DNA of 62,546 nucleotides, the filler included, from Babesia bigemina (taxonomy: Eukaryota): the NCBI RefSeq assembly GCF_000981445.1. It is 12 parts of 12 records of this genome, joined end to end, with 100 filler letters (N's around TTAATTAATTAA, not from the genome) between each part and the next. Parts side by side here need not be neighbours in the genome. Positions count along the whole stretch, not along the records: positions 9,373 to 11,559 come from NW_012237104.1; positions 11,660 to 13,676 come from NW_012237105.1; positions 13,777 to 17,573 come from NW_012237106.1; positions 17,674 to 36,286 come from NW_012237107.1; 8 more parts are not named here. One strand, given 5' to 3'. This document shows positions 10,097 through 23,100 of this stretch, one piece after another. The position numbers were made by a program, and so were the translations under genes. Within the stretch, counting starts at the first letter, position 1, and each line of letters opens with the position of its first letter. Under the pieces are notes generated by a model that worked only from the letters and a program-made list of their open reading frames with translations, was not told the DNA's origin and did not search any database.

Positions 10097-11227
10097 GGGA
10101 TGTAGAGTGGGTTAGGGAGCGATGTGGAGTGGTTTAAGGGGCGATGTAGAGTGGATAAAAGAGCGATGTAGAGTGGGTTAGGGAGCGATGTAGAGTGGGT
10201 TAGGGAGCGATGTAGAGTGGATAAAGGAGCGATGTGGAGTGGATTAAGGAGCGATGTAGAGTGGGTTAAGGGGCGATGTAGAGTGGACAAAGGGGCGATG
10301 TAGAGTGGGTTAAGGGGCGATGTAGAGTGGATTAGGGAGCGATGTAGAGTGAATGAAGGAGCGATGTAGAGTGGGTTAAGGGGCGATGTAGAGTGGATAA
10401 AGGAGCGATGTGGAGTGGATTAAGGAGCGATGTAGAGTGGGTTAAGGGGCGATGTAGAGTGGATAAAGGGGCGATGTAGAGTGGATAAAGGGGCGATGTA
10501 GAGTGGGTTAGGGAGCGATGTAGAGTGGATCAGGGAGCGATGTAGAGTGGATAAAGGAGCGATGTGGAGTGGGTAAAGGGGTGATGTAGAGTGGATAAGG
10601 GAGCGATGTAGAGTGGGTAAAGGGGTGATGTAGAGTGGATCAAGGAGCGATGTAAGGTGGCTTAAGGAGCGATGTGGAGTGGATAAAAGAGCGATGTAGC
10701 GTGGGTTAAGGGGCGATGTGGCGTGGGTTAAGGGGCGATGTAGAGTGGATAAAGGGGCGATGTAGAGTGGATAAGGGAGCGATGTAGAGTGGATAAAGGG
10801 GCGATGTAGAGTGGGTTAGGGAGCGATGTGGAGTGGGTAAAGGGGCGATGTAGAGTGGAGAAGGGAGCGATGTAGAGTGGATTAGGGAGCGATGAAGAGT
10901 GGGTAAAGGAGCGATGTGGAGTGGGTTAAGGAGCGATGAAGAGTGGATGATAATCACTACTCTGGTCACCATGTCATCGCTGCTGTGACCATGTCATCGC
11001 TGCCGTGACCATGTCATCGCTGCCGTAACCATGTCACCGCTGCCGTCACCATGTCATCGCTGCCGTGACCATGTCATCGCTGCCGTGACCACTAACTTGG
11101 TCATGGCATTGGTCATGGCATTGGTCAGCACATTTGTCAACACGTTGATCAACACTTTGGTCAGCACATTGGTCAACACGTTGGTCAGCATATTGGTCAC
11201 CACGTTGGTCATGGCATTGGTCATCAA
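10097..11227 (-). repeat. Spacer cassette: 22-bp satellite 10097-10947, 20-bp array 10963-11092, 12-bp array 11096-11227
   Basis: Reverse complement of the three modules in the same order. Confidence 0.95.
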
Positions 11228-11323
11228 CGCAATCATTACTCTGTCTAGAACATTAGATGTCAGCTGGCAGTTGCGTGATCAGTGGGATTTCATTACGATG
11301 TTTGCGCTGACAAATTGCTGAGC

Positions 11324-11557
11324 TCAGCTGTAAAACGCGATGCAGAAGGGTATCTTGCGTACGAGGAAATCGCGGATGTTGCGGCCCACCGGAAAGCGGA
11401 AGATGCACAGGTCGAGCAGGATGATGGCGACGATGATGGCAACGATGACGGCGGCGATGACGGAGTAGGGAGGGGGGGAAGGTGGAGTAATGTTTTCATC
11501 TTGGTCCGAGCTTCGAGATTCCTCGATTGCTCTTCGGTGGGCCTGAGATGCTCTTGC
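11324..11557 (-). CDS. 3' end of unnamed single-pass membrane protein family (copy 1)
   Basis: Hand translation: ..SSDQDENITPPSPPPYSVIAAVIVAIIVAIILLDLCIFRFPVGRNIRDFLVRKIPFCIAFYS*; TM and tail identical to copy ending 40476. Confidence 0.8.
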   Translation of the reverse strand, partial: ARASQAHRRAIEESRSSDQDENITPPSPPPYSVIAAVIVAIIVAIILLDLCIFRFPVGRNIRDFLVRKIPFCIAFYS

Positions 11558-12277
11558 CTNNNNNNNNNNNNNNNNNNNNNNNNNNNNNNNNNNNNNNNNN
11601 NNNTTAATTAATTAANNNNNNNNNNNNNNNNNNNNNNNNNNNNNNNNNNNNNNNNNNNNAACAACTCCGCGACGGCGCCTCCTCGGTTATGATAAGAGGC
11701 ACCTTTGTAAGGTCCGGCACTTATAAGCGGACACTCGCGATCCAACACATTAGCGCCTAAAGCAAATTCCTGTAGATGTTACCTCGATGGCTGATGCAAA
11801 CTCAACCTAGAGATCCTTTCAACAGATGGCAGCGACTCCTTATCGCAATAAGTCGCTATATGCGTACGTGAGACGGATGATGTGGTAAAATGGAGGGGTA
11901 GTGCCACTTTAGGAGTAGCTGATGTTAGTAATGACTCTTAAAACTGACGAATTGTCACCAATCACTCTTGACTCACGTATCGACACATGAATTTATGCCT
12001 TAGCACTTTGCTGATGCTGCTTTGTGCTTCTACTGTACTCCAGCAATGCTAGGACAAAACTGCAATCACTACAACCTACAGAATTATGTAATCATTTCAC
12101 GGAATATTAGATAGGGAATTAAGTGACATTACGGAACATGCCCACACTTTGGCCGTGCATATTGTGCCGCTCGTGAGAAGTGGCCTTGATGCAGAGATGC
12201 TCGCTAAGCTAACATTATGACATCAGTCAGGTACCCACTGTTCTGAGGTCCGTAAGGCATTCTAGATTGATACGTAA

Positions 12278-13657
12278 GCCACTCTACATCGCCCCTTATC
12301 CACTCTACATCGCTCCCTAACCCACTCTACATCGCTCCTTTACCCACTCTACATCGCTCCCTAACCCACTCCACATCGCTCCTTTACCCACTCTACATCG
12401 CTCCCTTATCCACTCTACATCGCTCCCTTATCCACTCTACATCGCCCCTTAACGCACTCTACATCGCCCCTTAACGCACTCTACATCGCTCCCTAATCCA
12501 CTCCACATCGCTCCTTTATCCACTCCACATCGCCCCTTATCCACTCTACATCGCTCCCTAAACCACTCTACATCGCCCCTTTATCCACTCTACATCGCTC
12601 CTCTACCCACTCTACATCGCCCCTTTATCCACTCTACATCGCTCCTTTATCCACTCCACATCGCTCCTTTATCCACTCCACATCGCCCCTTAACCCACTC
12701 TACATCGCCCCCTTAACCCACTCTAAATCGCTCCTTTATCCACTCTACATCGCCCCTTTACCCACTCTACATCGCCCCTTTATCCACTCCACATCGCCCC
12801 CTTAACCCACTCTACATCGCCCCTTAACCCACTCTTCATCGCCCCTTTATCCACTCTACATCACCCCTTTATCCACTTACATCGCCCCTTACCCACTCTA
12901 CATCGCCCCTTTAACCACTCCACATCGCTCCCTAACCCACCTTACATCGCTCCCTAACCCACTCTACATCGCTCCTTAACCCACTCTACATCGCCCCTTA
13001 TCCACTCTACATCGCCCCTTATCCACTCTACATCGCTCCCTAACCCACTCTACATCGCCCCTTAACCCACTCTACATCGCCCCTTTACCCACTCCACATC
13101 GCTCCCTTATCCACCTTACATCGCTCCTTAACCCACTCTACATCGCTCCCTAACCCACTCCACATCGCTCCTTAACCCACTCTACATCGCTCCCTAACCC
13201 ACTCTACATCGCCCCTTAACCCACTCTACATCGCCCCTTTACCCACTCCACATCGCTCCCTTATCCACTCTACATCGCTCCCTAAACCACTCCACATCGC
13301 TCCCTAACCCACTCTACATCGCCCCTTTATCCACTCTACATCGCTCCCTAACCCACTCTACATCGCTCCCTAACCCACCCTACATCGCCCCTTTACCCAC
13401 TCCACATCGCCCCTTATCCACTCTACATCGCCCCTTTATCCACTCTACATCGCCGCTTAACCCACTCTACATCGCTCCTCTATCCACTCTACATCGGCCC
13501 TTAACCCACTCTACATCGCTCCCTTGTCCACTCCACATCGCTCCTTTATCCACTGTACATCGCCCCTTTACCCACTCCACATCGCCCCTTTACCCACTGT
13601 ACATCGCCCCTTAATCCACTCTACATCGCTCCCTAACCCACTCCACATCGCCCCTTA
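12278..13657 (+). repeat. 22-bp satellite, not preceded by 12/20-bp arrays
   Basis: About 1.4 kb of the same 22-mer starting abruptly after unique sequence. Confidence 0.95.
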
Positions 13658-13658
13658 C

Positions 13659-13676
13659 AACGAATCAAGCTGTTCT
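13659..13676 (+). other. Probable cloning-vector remnant (also 47538-47558)
   Basis: AACGAATCAAGCTGTTCT ends two unrelated contigs; resembles a miscalled AACGAATTCAAGCTTG (EcoRI/HindIII, pSMART-like flank, from memory). Confidence 0.65.
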
Positions 13677-13776
13677 NNNNNNNNNNNNNNNNNNNNNNNN
13701 NNNNNNNNNNNNNNNNNNNNTTAATTAATTAANNNNNNNNNNNNNNNNNNNNNNNNNNNNNNNNNNNNNNNNNNNN

Positions 13777-16762
13777 CGACAAACCCCTTCCAGCCCCTTT
13801 TTGAGCGCATCGAGCAGCTCCGGGTGCCGGGGGTTGGCGAAGGCGGAGGGGGATAAATCGTTAGTGGCGTTTTTGAGGGAATTAAGTAAATCAACGAAAG
13901 TTTTATCGTAATTATACTTTTTAGACTGTTTTGCATCAATTAAATGTCCAAGTAATTTGTCGAAGTTAGTTTTGATTTTGGTTAGCTGCGTGGCTGGGTC
14001 GGTGGGTTGGTCGGTGGGTGGGGAGTTGGTTACTGTTTTGGTTGGCTGGTTGGGAGGATCTTCAACTTGTGTCTTAATATGATTGTGCACTGCGTCGTAA
14101 TACGATTTGAAATGCCCAGACATTTCTCGCAGTTTTGTGCCATCGCTCTTAACTGTCGGGGGTGGTGGAGCTCTCACAGTTACAAGCTGTTCAATTGCTT
14201 CAAGCGTACTCTCTTTCTCTTTCATTTTCTTCATCATCCCCTTCAATCCGCTTTCCAAATCCTCTTCAATAATCCTCTCAATCTCTCCCTTCTCCTTCTC
14301 AACCAACTGCTTCAGCTTCTGGAGCACGGCGGCCTTGGACGTGGCGAACTGGGAGAGGGCGGATTTCTTGATGTCAATGGCAGCTTCTATTGCAAGTGAT
14401 TTCGACTGTTCAGAGACAAGTTTAATGTAGAGAATTATTTTATCTTGTGTTTTGACGAATTCGGCACGTACCGCTTGCATCTCTTTTGTCAGCTCTCCCG
14501 CATTTAACGAATTTAGAGATTTTTTTAACTCCCGCATCTCACTTTGTAGCTGCGTTATATAGCCTTTTATAGTTTCGGACCGTGTAGCGTCATCAACTAT
14601 TTTGGATGCTTTCGTAATACTCATCTTAATTGCTTCGACGGCCGCACCTACCGGTTGTATTAATTTAGACAAAAGGGATTGTTGGCCGCTTATATCCTGT
14701 TTTATTTTTTGAAGCCCAGGTATACGTACTCCTTCAACTTCAATAGTGTCCTCATGTTTGACAATTAACTCTCTACATTTCGTCAGGTATTGCTGGACAC
14801 CATCGTTTTTTAGAGATTCGTCACCGGCGTACTTTCGTATAAGAGCTGTTAGGTTCTTCACAGAGGTTTCTGTTTGTTGATGCAATGCACGTAGCGACAA
14901 TATGTCTATTCGGGTTCCTTCTCCGTCTTTCACTTCTTCAATCTTCAGCAGACCATTAGTATCACTCTTAATCGCAGCCAAAGCGTTGGTGACCTTCTGC
15001 TTTCCATCATGTGCATTGTACGACGCCATTCTTTGTTCAGGGTTCGGTACATCTTTTATGTCGCTGCCGTAATCTTTTTCAATCTGCGCCTTGGCGTCCT
15101 CCCCCATGGCAGCGAAAGCGGAAATCTCCTCTAGCGTTGATGATTTAGCATTGACGTTGTAAGACTTCTTGAGGTACCTCAGATCAGTTTGGATTTTCGT
15201 ATGAGTAATGACTGTTGAGGTTGATGATGCTTGTCGAAGCCATTCTCTGAACTTTGCTCCAACTTTTTGATCCAGCTGACTTACATCACCGCTCTGCTTA
15301 ACCACACCATATTCCACGGCTCCTAATTGAGCGAAATATACTCCAACCTCAGCTTTAATAAGATCCCTAAACTGCGCTAAATCCTTTCTGACAGCCTTAT
15401 CCACTTCACCAAATGCCTCCAAAGCTGCACGGACCTTTTCACTGATATGTTTATGCGCCGCACGCATAGCACCGTTCAACTTCAATGCATCCTTATATAG
15501 TTTTCCCGCAGCGTCCTTAATCTGTTTGACGTAATTATGTGAACCGTCCTCTCCATTCAATTCATCCAGAATCGTAGCAACAAAACGCAAGGACTGGCTG
15601 ACCAAAAATGCCGCCTTTGTGATCCAAATCATCAGGCGGTTGTTAACGCTGCTCAATGTTCCCTGCACCTCAGCAACAACGTCTTTCGCAGCGTCAATGG
15701 CAGCAAGTTGAATATAAAACGTATTCTTGTTTTCCTTATAATCGAGCTCCTTGACAACTTCGGCACATTGCTTAAGAGCTTTATGAAGAGAAGAATCCGT
15801 TTGATTTTCAGACCATTTGTTTAGTTCGTGAGTAGCGTTTTCTAGACCTTCCACAGCTTTCTGAACATGCTCATCAAGTGCAGTGATCGTATTATCCAGC
15901 TGACTAGTCATCAATTCAATTTTCTTCTCTGCCGTCTTCGTGACTAAGTTTGCTTGATCAATAATTTCATTGCTTTTTGCAGCCACCTTTTCGCACACCG
16001 TGCGAAGTCCATCGTAATCCTCAACCGTATTCTGCTTGAAAGTGTCAATAGCGTTATTCAGTAAATTGATATGCGGAAGTAAATTGTTTCTGAGTTTTTC
16101 ATCGACGTATTCGACCGCATGAATGGCATAATACGGTTGGTTGGATAATTCTTTGATGGATTTGATCCAATTGTGCAACTCACCATGTTTTTTGGAGGCT
16201 TCATCAAAATCTTGATTTTTCCATTTTTCGATACCGGTTGCAGCATTAGTCGTGTCATTTTTTAAAACATCGATATATTTCGTTACATCATTATTTTTCT
16301 TTTCCACCTCCCCCAACCACCCCTTAATTCCCTCCTTGACCGGGCCAATCACAGCCTCCAAACCTTTTTTGCCTTTATTAAGATTTTTGTTTAATTCATT
16401 TACTGCTTCATTTAATGTTGTTTTGTAAGATGATAAGTTTGGATTTTCTTTTACTTCAGTGATTATACTAGACAAAAATCCCATCACCCCGTCACACAGC
16501 CTGTCAAGGTCAGAGTACACAATCCCACTGCCGTCGTAGCCTTTGGAAGCAGAGTTGAAGCCGAGGAAAGTCTGAAGGCCAGTGCAGAGGTTATTAAGGA
16601 TGTTAGTAGGGTTATTATTTGAGGTGTTTTTAAGGTGTTAAATTTTGTCAAATTTCTTGCCAAGCTCCCTAGGCGGTACATGGTCAGGGCAGTGGCAGGA
16701 GGTGGAAGAGGGAAGTGAAGGGTGACAAGGCACAAGTTATTGTGATGGTTTATAAAGGTCAT
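13777..16762 (-). CDS. ves1: VESA1b-like antigen, 5' part; leader has 1-nt C-run shift and in-frame TAA at 16638-16640; first in-frame ATG 16484
   Basis: ORF 13725..16520 with anchor motif and SPSAFANPRHPELLDA block shared with the 26563 gene; 3' end in gap. Confidence 0.78.
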
Positions 16763-16786
16763 AGCGGTAATATGGCGAGGTAATTC

Positions 16787-17500
16787 GAGCGATGTGGAGT
16801 GGGTAAAGGGGCGATGTAGAGTGGGTAAGGGAGCGATGTAGAGTGGATAAAGGAGCGATGTAGAGTGGATAAAGGGGCGATGTAGAGTGGGTAAAGGGGC
16901 GATGTAGAGTGGATTAGGGAGCGATGTAGAGTGGATAAAGGGGCGATGTAGAGTGGATTAAGGGGCGATGTAGAGTGGATTAAGGGGCGATGTAGAGTGG
17001 GTAAAGGGGCGATGGAGAGTGGATAAAGGGGCGATGGAGAGTGGATAAAGGGGCGATGTGGAGTGGGTTAAGGGGCGATGTGGAGTGGATAATAATCACC
17101 ACTTAGGTCACCATGTCATCGCTGCCGTGACCATGTCATCGCTGCCGTAACCATGTCATCGCTGCCGTGACCATCAACTTGGTCATGGCATTGGTCAGCA
17201 CCTTGGTCATGCCTTTGGTCACCACTTTGGTCATGCCTTTGGTCAGTACTTTGGTCATGCCTTTGGTCACCACTTTGGGCATGCCTTTGGTCAGCACCTT
17301 GGTCAGCACTTAGGTCAGGTGCTTGGTCAGCATATTGGTCATCACATTGGTCACCACGTTGGTCAGCACATAGGTCACCACGTTGGTCATGGCTTTGGTC
17401 ACCACGTTGGTCAACACTTTGGTCAGCACGTTGGTCAACACGTTGGTCAACACGTTGGTCACCATTTTGGTCAGCACTTTGATCAGCACATTGGTCACCA
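16787..17500 (-). repeat. Spacer cassette: 22-bp 16787-17092, 20-bp 17106-17175, 12-bp 17178-17500
   Basis: Same modules, minus orientation. Confidence 0.95.
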
Positions 17501-17674
17501 CATCAGTTAATCTACCAAGCAATCACGTACAACGATGAGTGAGTGATCAAAACATAGCAAAATAGGGCTCGCCNNNNNNNNNNNNNNNNNNNNNNNNNNN
17601 NNNNNNNNNNNNNNNNNTTAATTAATTAANNNNNNNNNNNNNNNNNNNNNNNNNNNNNNNNNNNNNNNNNNNNA

Positions 17675-17959
17675 AGCGACGACTGAGTGACAAGAGCTGA
17701 CCAAGCTCCACTCGCTAAACTAATCTACGTCACAATTCCTAACTTCCTCTTCGAAATCCGCGCCCCCTTCATCTGGCTCAATGTCGCCCTCTGGCTCCTC
17801 TCTTTGTTGTACCTCCTCCACATCATGGTCATCCGCCTAGACCTGCTCCACATCAAATCGCATCTACATAGTCCCTCGAGTCATCGCATAGCTGCTCAAT
17901 CACTACTCTCCGCTGCACGTGTTAACAAGCTTAACAGAGTGTTTTACCTGCAACCATAA
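17675..17959 (+). CDS. ves1: VESA1b-like antigen, extreme 3' end (TM + cytoplasmic tail)
   Basis: FLFEIRAPFIWLNVALW...RVNKLNRVFYLQP*. Confidence 0.85.
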
Positions 17960-18084
17960 TCGTACTCACGTGTTTACTACCTACACTCACCTAGCATCAC
18001 CTACTCACCTAACTTATGAATTGTGCTTTAATCTGTTGCATCACTCATTAATCATTGTATGTGATTGTGTAACAGTTAACTAAA

Positions 18085-19894
18085 GTGGTGACCAAGATGC
18101 TGCCCAAAGTGTTGACCAATGTTATGACCAAAGTGCTGACCAAGGTGCTGCCCAAAGTGTTGACCAAGGTGCTGACCAATGTGCTGACCAAGGTGCTGCC
18201 CAAAGTGTTGACCAATCTGCTGACCAATGTGCTGACCAATGCCATGACCAAGCACCTGACCAATGTGCTGACCAATGCCATGACCAAGCACCTGACCAAG
18301 GTGATGGTCACGGCAGCGATGACATGGTTACGGCAGCGATGGCATGGTCACGGCAGCGATGGCATGGTTACGGCAGCGATGACAGTGGTGACTTAAGTTG
18401 CATTTATTATCCACTCTACATCGCTCCTTTATCCACTCTACATCGCCCCTTAATCCACTCTACATCGCTCCCTAACCCACTCTACATCGCCCCTTTACCC
18501 ACTCTACATCGCTCCTTTATCCACTCCACATCGCCCCTTTATCCACCCTTCATCGCCCCTTTACCCACTCTACATCGCTCCCTAACCCATTCTACATCGC
18601 TCCCTAACCCACCCTTCATCGCCCCTTTATCCACTCTACATCGCTCCCTAACCCACTCTACATCGCCCCTTAACCCACTCTACATCGCCCCTTACCCACT
18701 CTACATCGCTCCTTATCCACTCCACATCGCCCCTTTATCCACTCCACATCGCCCCTTTATCCACTCTACATCGCCCCTTAACCCACTCTACATCGCTCCT
18801 TTACCCACTCTACATCGCCCCTTAACCCACTCTACATCGCCCCTTAACCCACTCTACATCGCCCCTTAACCCACTCTACATCGCCCCTTACCCACTACAC
18901 ATCGCCCCTTTATTCACTCTACATCGCTCCCTTATCCACTCTCCATCGCCCCCTTATCCACTCTACATCGCCCCTTAATCCACTCTACATCGCCGCTTTA
19001 CCCACTTTACATCGCCCCTTAACCCACTCTACATCGCTCCCTAAACCACTCTACATCGCTCCCTTATCCACTCCACATCGCTCCCTAATCCACTCTACAT
19101 CGCTCCCTTACCCACTCTACATCGCTCCCTAACCCACTCTACATCGCCCCCTAACCCACTCCACATCGCTCCTTTATCCACTCTACATCGCCCCTTATCC
19201 ACTCTACATCGCCCCCTAAACCACTCTACATCCCCCCTTTATCCACTCTACATCGCCCCCTAATCCACTCCACATCGCTCCCTAAACCACTCTACATCGC
19301 TCCCTTATCCACTCCACATCGCTCCTTATCCACTCTACATCGCTCCTTTATCCACTCTACTTCACCCCTTTATCCACTCCACATCGCTCCTTAACCCACC
19401 CTACATCGCTCCTTAACCCACCCTACATCGCTCCTTTATCCACTCTACATCGCCCCTTAACCCACTCTACATCGCCCCTTTATCCACTCCACATCGCCCC
19501 TTTATCCACTCTACATCGCCCCTTTATCCACTCTACATCGCTCCCTAACCCACTCTACATCGCTTCCTAACCCACTCTACATCGCCCCCTAACCCACTCG
19601 ACATCGCCCCTTTACCCACTCTACACCGCCCCTTGATCCACTCTACATCGCTCCCTAACCCACTCCACATCGCTCCCTAACCCACTCCACATCGCTCCCT
19701 AATCCACTCTACATCGCTCCCTAACCCACTCTACATCGCCCCTTAACCCACTCTACATCGCCCCTTATCCACTCCACATCGCTCCCTAACCCACTCTACA
19801 TCGCTCCCTAATCCACCCTACATCGCTCCCTAACACACTCCACATCGCCCCTTTATCCACTCTACATCGCTCCCTTATCTACTCTACATCCCTT
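18085..19894 (+). repeat. Spacer cassette: 12-bp 18085-18303, 20-bp 18304-18390, 22-bp 18408-19894
   Basis: Same modules and order. Confidence 0.95.
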
Positions 19895-19918
19895 GAATTA
19901 CCTCGCCTTAATACCGTT

Positions 19919-20044
19919 ATGACCTTCTTACACCATTATAATAACTTGTGTTTTGTCACCCTTCACTTCCCCTCTTCCACCTCTTGCCACTGCCCTGACC
20001 ATGTGCCGCCTAGTGAGCTTGACAAGAAATTTGCTAAAATTTAG
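19919..20044 (+). other. 41-codon leader ORF (MTFLHHYNNLCFVTLHFPSSTSCHCPDHVPPSELDKKFAKI*); equivalents at 35636-35761 and 46548-46673
   Basis: Hand translation; stop at codon 42 where 26563 and 60273 read AAA. Confidence 0.55.
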
Positions 20045-20196
20045 AAACTTAAAAATACCTCAAATAATAACCTACTAACATCCTTAATAACCTCTGTTCT
20101 GGCCTTCAGACTTTTCTTGGCTTCAACTCTGACTCCAAAGGCTACGACGGCAGTGGGATTGTGTACTCCGACCTGGACAGGCTGTGCGATGCGGTG

Positions 20197-23100
20197 ATGG
20201 GATTTTTGAGTGGTGTTCTCAGTAACATCAAAGAGCATTTAGGGCAGCATAAAGAGCAAATTACAGAAGCTATTAAGTCACTTGAGACCAATAAACACCT
20301 TGGTAAAAAAGGTTTTAATGTTGCGATTGTAAAGGTGGTCGCAGGGGTGCGGGGGTATAATGGTAATGTAAAGTCTTCTAATGAAGCAGTGAAAAAACCA
20401 ATTGAAAAACTAAAAGAAGATATGAAGAAGTATACAAAAGGAAAATTAGATGAAATTAAAGATGACGCAGACGTCGGTGATTCTGACCTTTCTGATGCTG
20501 TTACCGGAATTGGTAAAAAGTACAATGAGTTTATTAACTCAACTTTTGAAGTGCTGACTGCGTTGTCAAAAGCCGAAGAAGGCAGCAAAGCAATCAGTGA
20601 TCTCAATCATAATTGTAAGAATAAAATTATTAATGCTGAAAAGACAATCAGGCATGAGTATGATACACTACAGATGACGTTTCAGAATCAATACACAGAC
20701 TTAGAGAGATGTATTAATAGTGTGAATAGACATTTCAGTGCTCTTGAGCAACGGGTGAATAGTCTGGCAAGAGATCAAATTACAAAACTGGTAGATGAGA
20801 TTAAAAAAGAATTGAGTAAACGCAAGGCGGATATAGAAAGCGAAAAAAATAAGTTAAATACATGGTTGAATGATACGACAGCAACAAATGATTCGAAATC
20901 AGAAAAAGAGGTACTTGAGGACAATTGCTCCAATGTTACGAAGGGTGTGGCTACATTCTCGGTGCAATATACAACGGTCAATACACAACTTAGTGCCATT
21001 AAAAAAGTTGTACAGGATACTGAAGGGACGGACAAACTTGAGACTTTTGTTGAGCAGATCGCAGTTGCAGCTCAGCAGGTTGGTAATGATTTGGGAAATC
21101 ATATTAACACCTTGAATGACTGGATGCAGAAAGCCAAGCACGCCGTGACAAATGCTAAAGGAAAAATGGAGCAGATTGTAAACCTTTTGGAAGATAAACA
21201 GGAAAACGGAAAAAAAAGTGATATTAGTAAGGCGGCCACGGAATTACAACAAAAAGCGCAGTCCCTTCTGACATCCATGAAGGGGGCCAAAAGTGAATTG
21301 AGCCGTTTGGTGGGTTCATTACCCAAAACCCTTGATACCATTTTGAAACCATCCATTGCCGCCGATCTAAAGGATCTTAGAGATGGAATTAGAAGGAAAG
21401 TCGTGGAGTATTTCGAAGAGTTAGGGCTGGCGAAATTCGGTGAAGCGGCAGGGAATACATTCGGTGGTAATGTTCAGATGCTGAAGTTGAATGGCCGGTT
21501 TAAGGATTGGCTTGAAGCGTCCGGTAAAGGTGGACTCAAATTAAAAAATTCCTCCAACAACCTGATAGAACACGCATCGTATGCACGAAAGGCACTACTA
21601 TACGCATTGGATTCACTAAATGCAAAACTCGACACAGACCATGGTAAATCTGGTTTCAACGCAATGCGAGAGGACGTTGATGGTAAGATAGATGAGGAGT
21701 TTGGCGCAGAAAACAGTCCGTTGAATAATGCTGAAAAAAATCACATGAAAGCTTATAAAGGAACTCAGGAGCAGGTGTCGCAGAAGATTAAGCAAATCGA
21801 GACCGACGTAAATGATAATCATTTCAAAAAATTCGATGATGGCCAGATTGCAAAAATTGATGAAGGAGTACTAACGGAAGCCCTCAGAAACGTTAATGAC
21901 GCCATCGGTGGCTTCACCAATGCCCTTAGAGAGCTCATCGATACGAAAAGTGATCATAGCACCAACATGAAATATTATCTCACGAGGCTTGATGATATGC
22001 TTTGCGATAAAGGCTATACAGCCTCTCATCGTCTGTCAGGCACGTCGGTCCAAGGTTTTGAAAACATTACGGCACAGATCGCCAACCTTAAAAAAAACGA
22101 TCTGGATACAAAAAGCGGCAGAATCTATGATAAGATCAGCACCGTCGCCAAACAAGTATCATCACTTGAAGAAGCTTCCAAAAAAACCACTGTACCCGAC
22201 GAGACGCTGATAAAGCTTGTCGACAGCCTGCCCGACGATATGGGTAAGCTTAGTTCAAGTATTGAAGGATCAATTCAGGTAATTGAAGAAGTTAATAATA
22301 AGTTAGGAGCATGGTTGATAACTGTCGCAGCATACATTGAACGCCTTAAGGAAGTCGGAGAGCGACATATTCACCATTTTGCCACTAAGCTTAAACAAGA
22401 AATATCGCTCACATCATCCGCCATTACCACCGAAATTCGAAAACGTTACGTTCGCTGTGTAAAAAGACAACTTCGATATTTTGCCGACACGATCACCAGC
22501 GAGCTTAGCGAGCTGCCCACCCTCATTGACACTGACCGACACATCGGCTTTAAAGGCTTCATGGAGAAGTTTTATGGCGATTACGTCGATACGTTGAATG
22601 ATGAGAATATTAAAAAACTCAGTGATCTTGCCACGGCGGCGACCGACTCACCTGCGCAGAAGAAACAAGCGTTCGAAAAATTATCCTCCGCCTTCGCTGC
22701 CTTCTACCTCCCACTCAACAAGTATCTCCTCGAAGAAATTACACGTGTAAACGAGTCTGAGAATAATAAGAAGAATCCCGTTGCCACTGATAAACAACTG
22801 TATGGACGTCAGCTCTTCCGAATTTATGACTCATTGAATGAGTTAACCACCCACATTAAGCAAAGGCATAGGTATGATTGCATGGTACCCGGGATGCTTG
22901 ATAAGCTCGGCGCTGCAATTGACGGACTGAAGCCGGACGGATTCTCTCAGCCTAGTACGCCGATCATAGATTGTGTCTCCAGCGGTTTTACCAGCCTCGT
23001 CTACGAACTGCGTAAAGCGTACACATCGGTGTATGATTCCCAACAGTTCGATAGTAAACTGGTTGAAGAGACCGGTACCGAAGTCGTCTACAGCACCAAG

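Noticed and set aside
18324..18869. PLYIAPLSTLHR-type ORFs over the 22-bp satellite
   Set aside because: Unit length is not a multiple of three; frames are open by chance.
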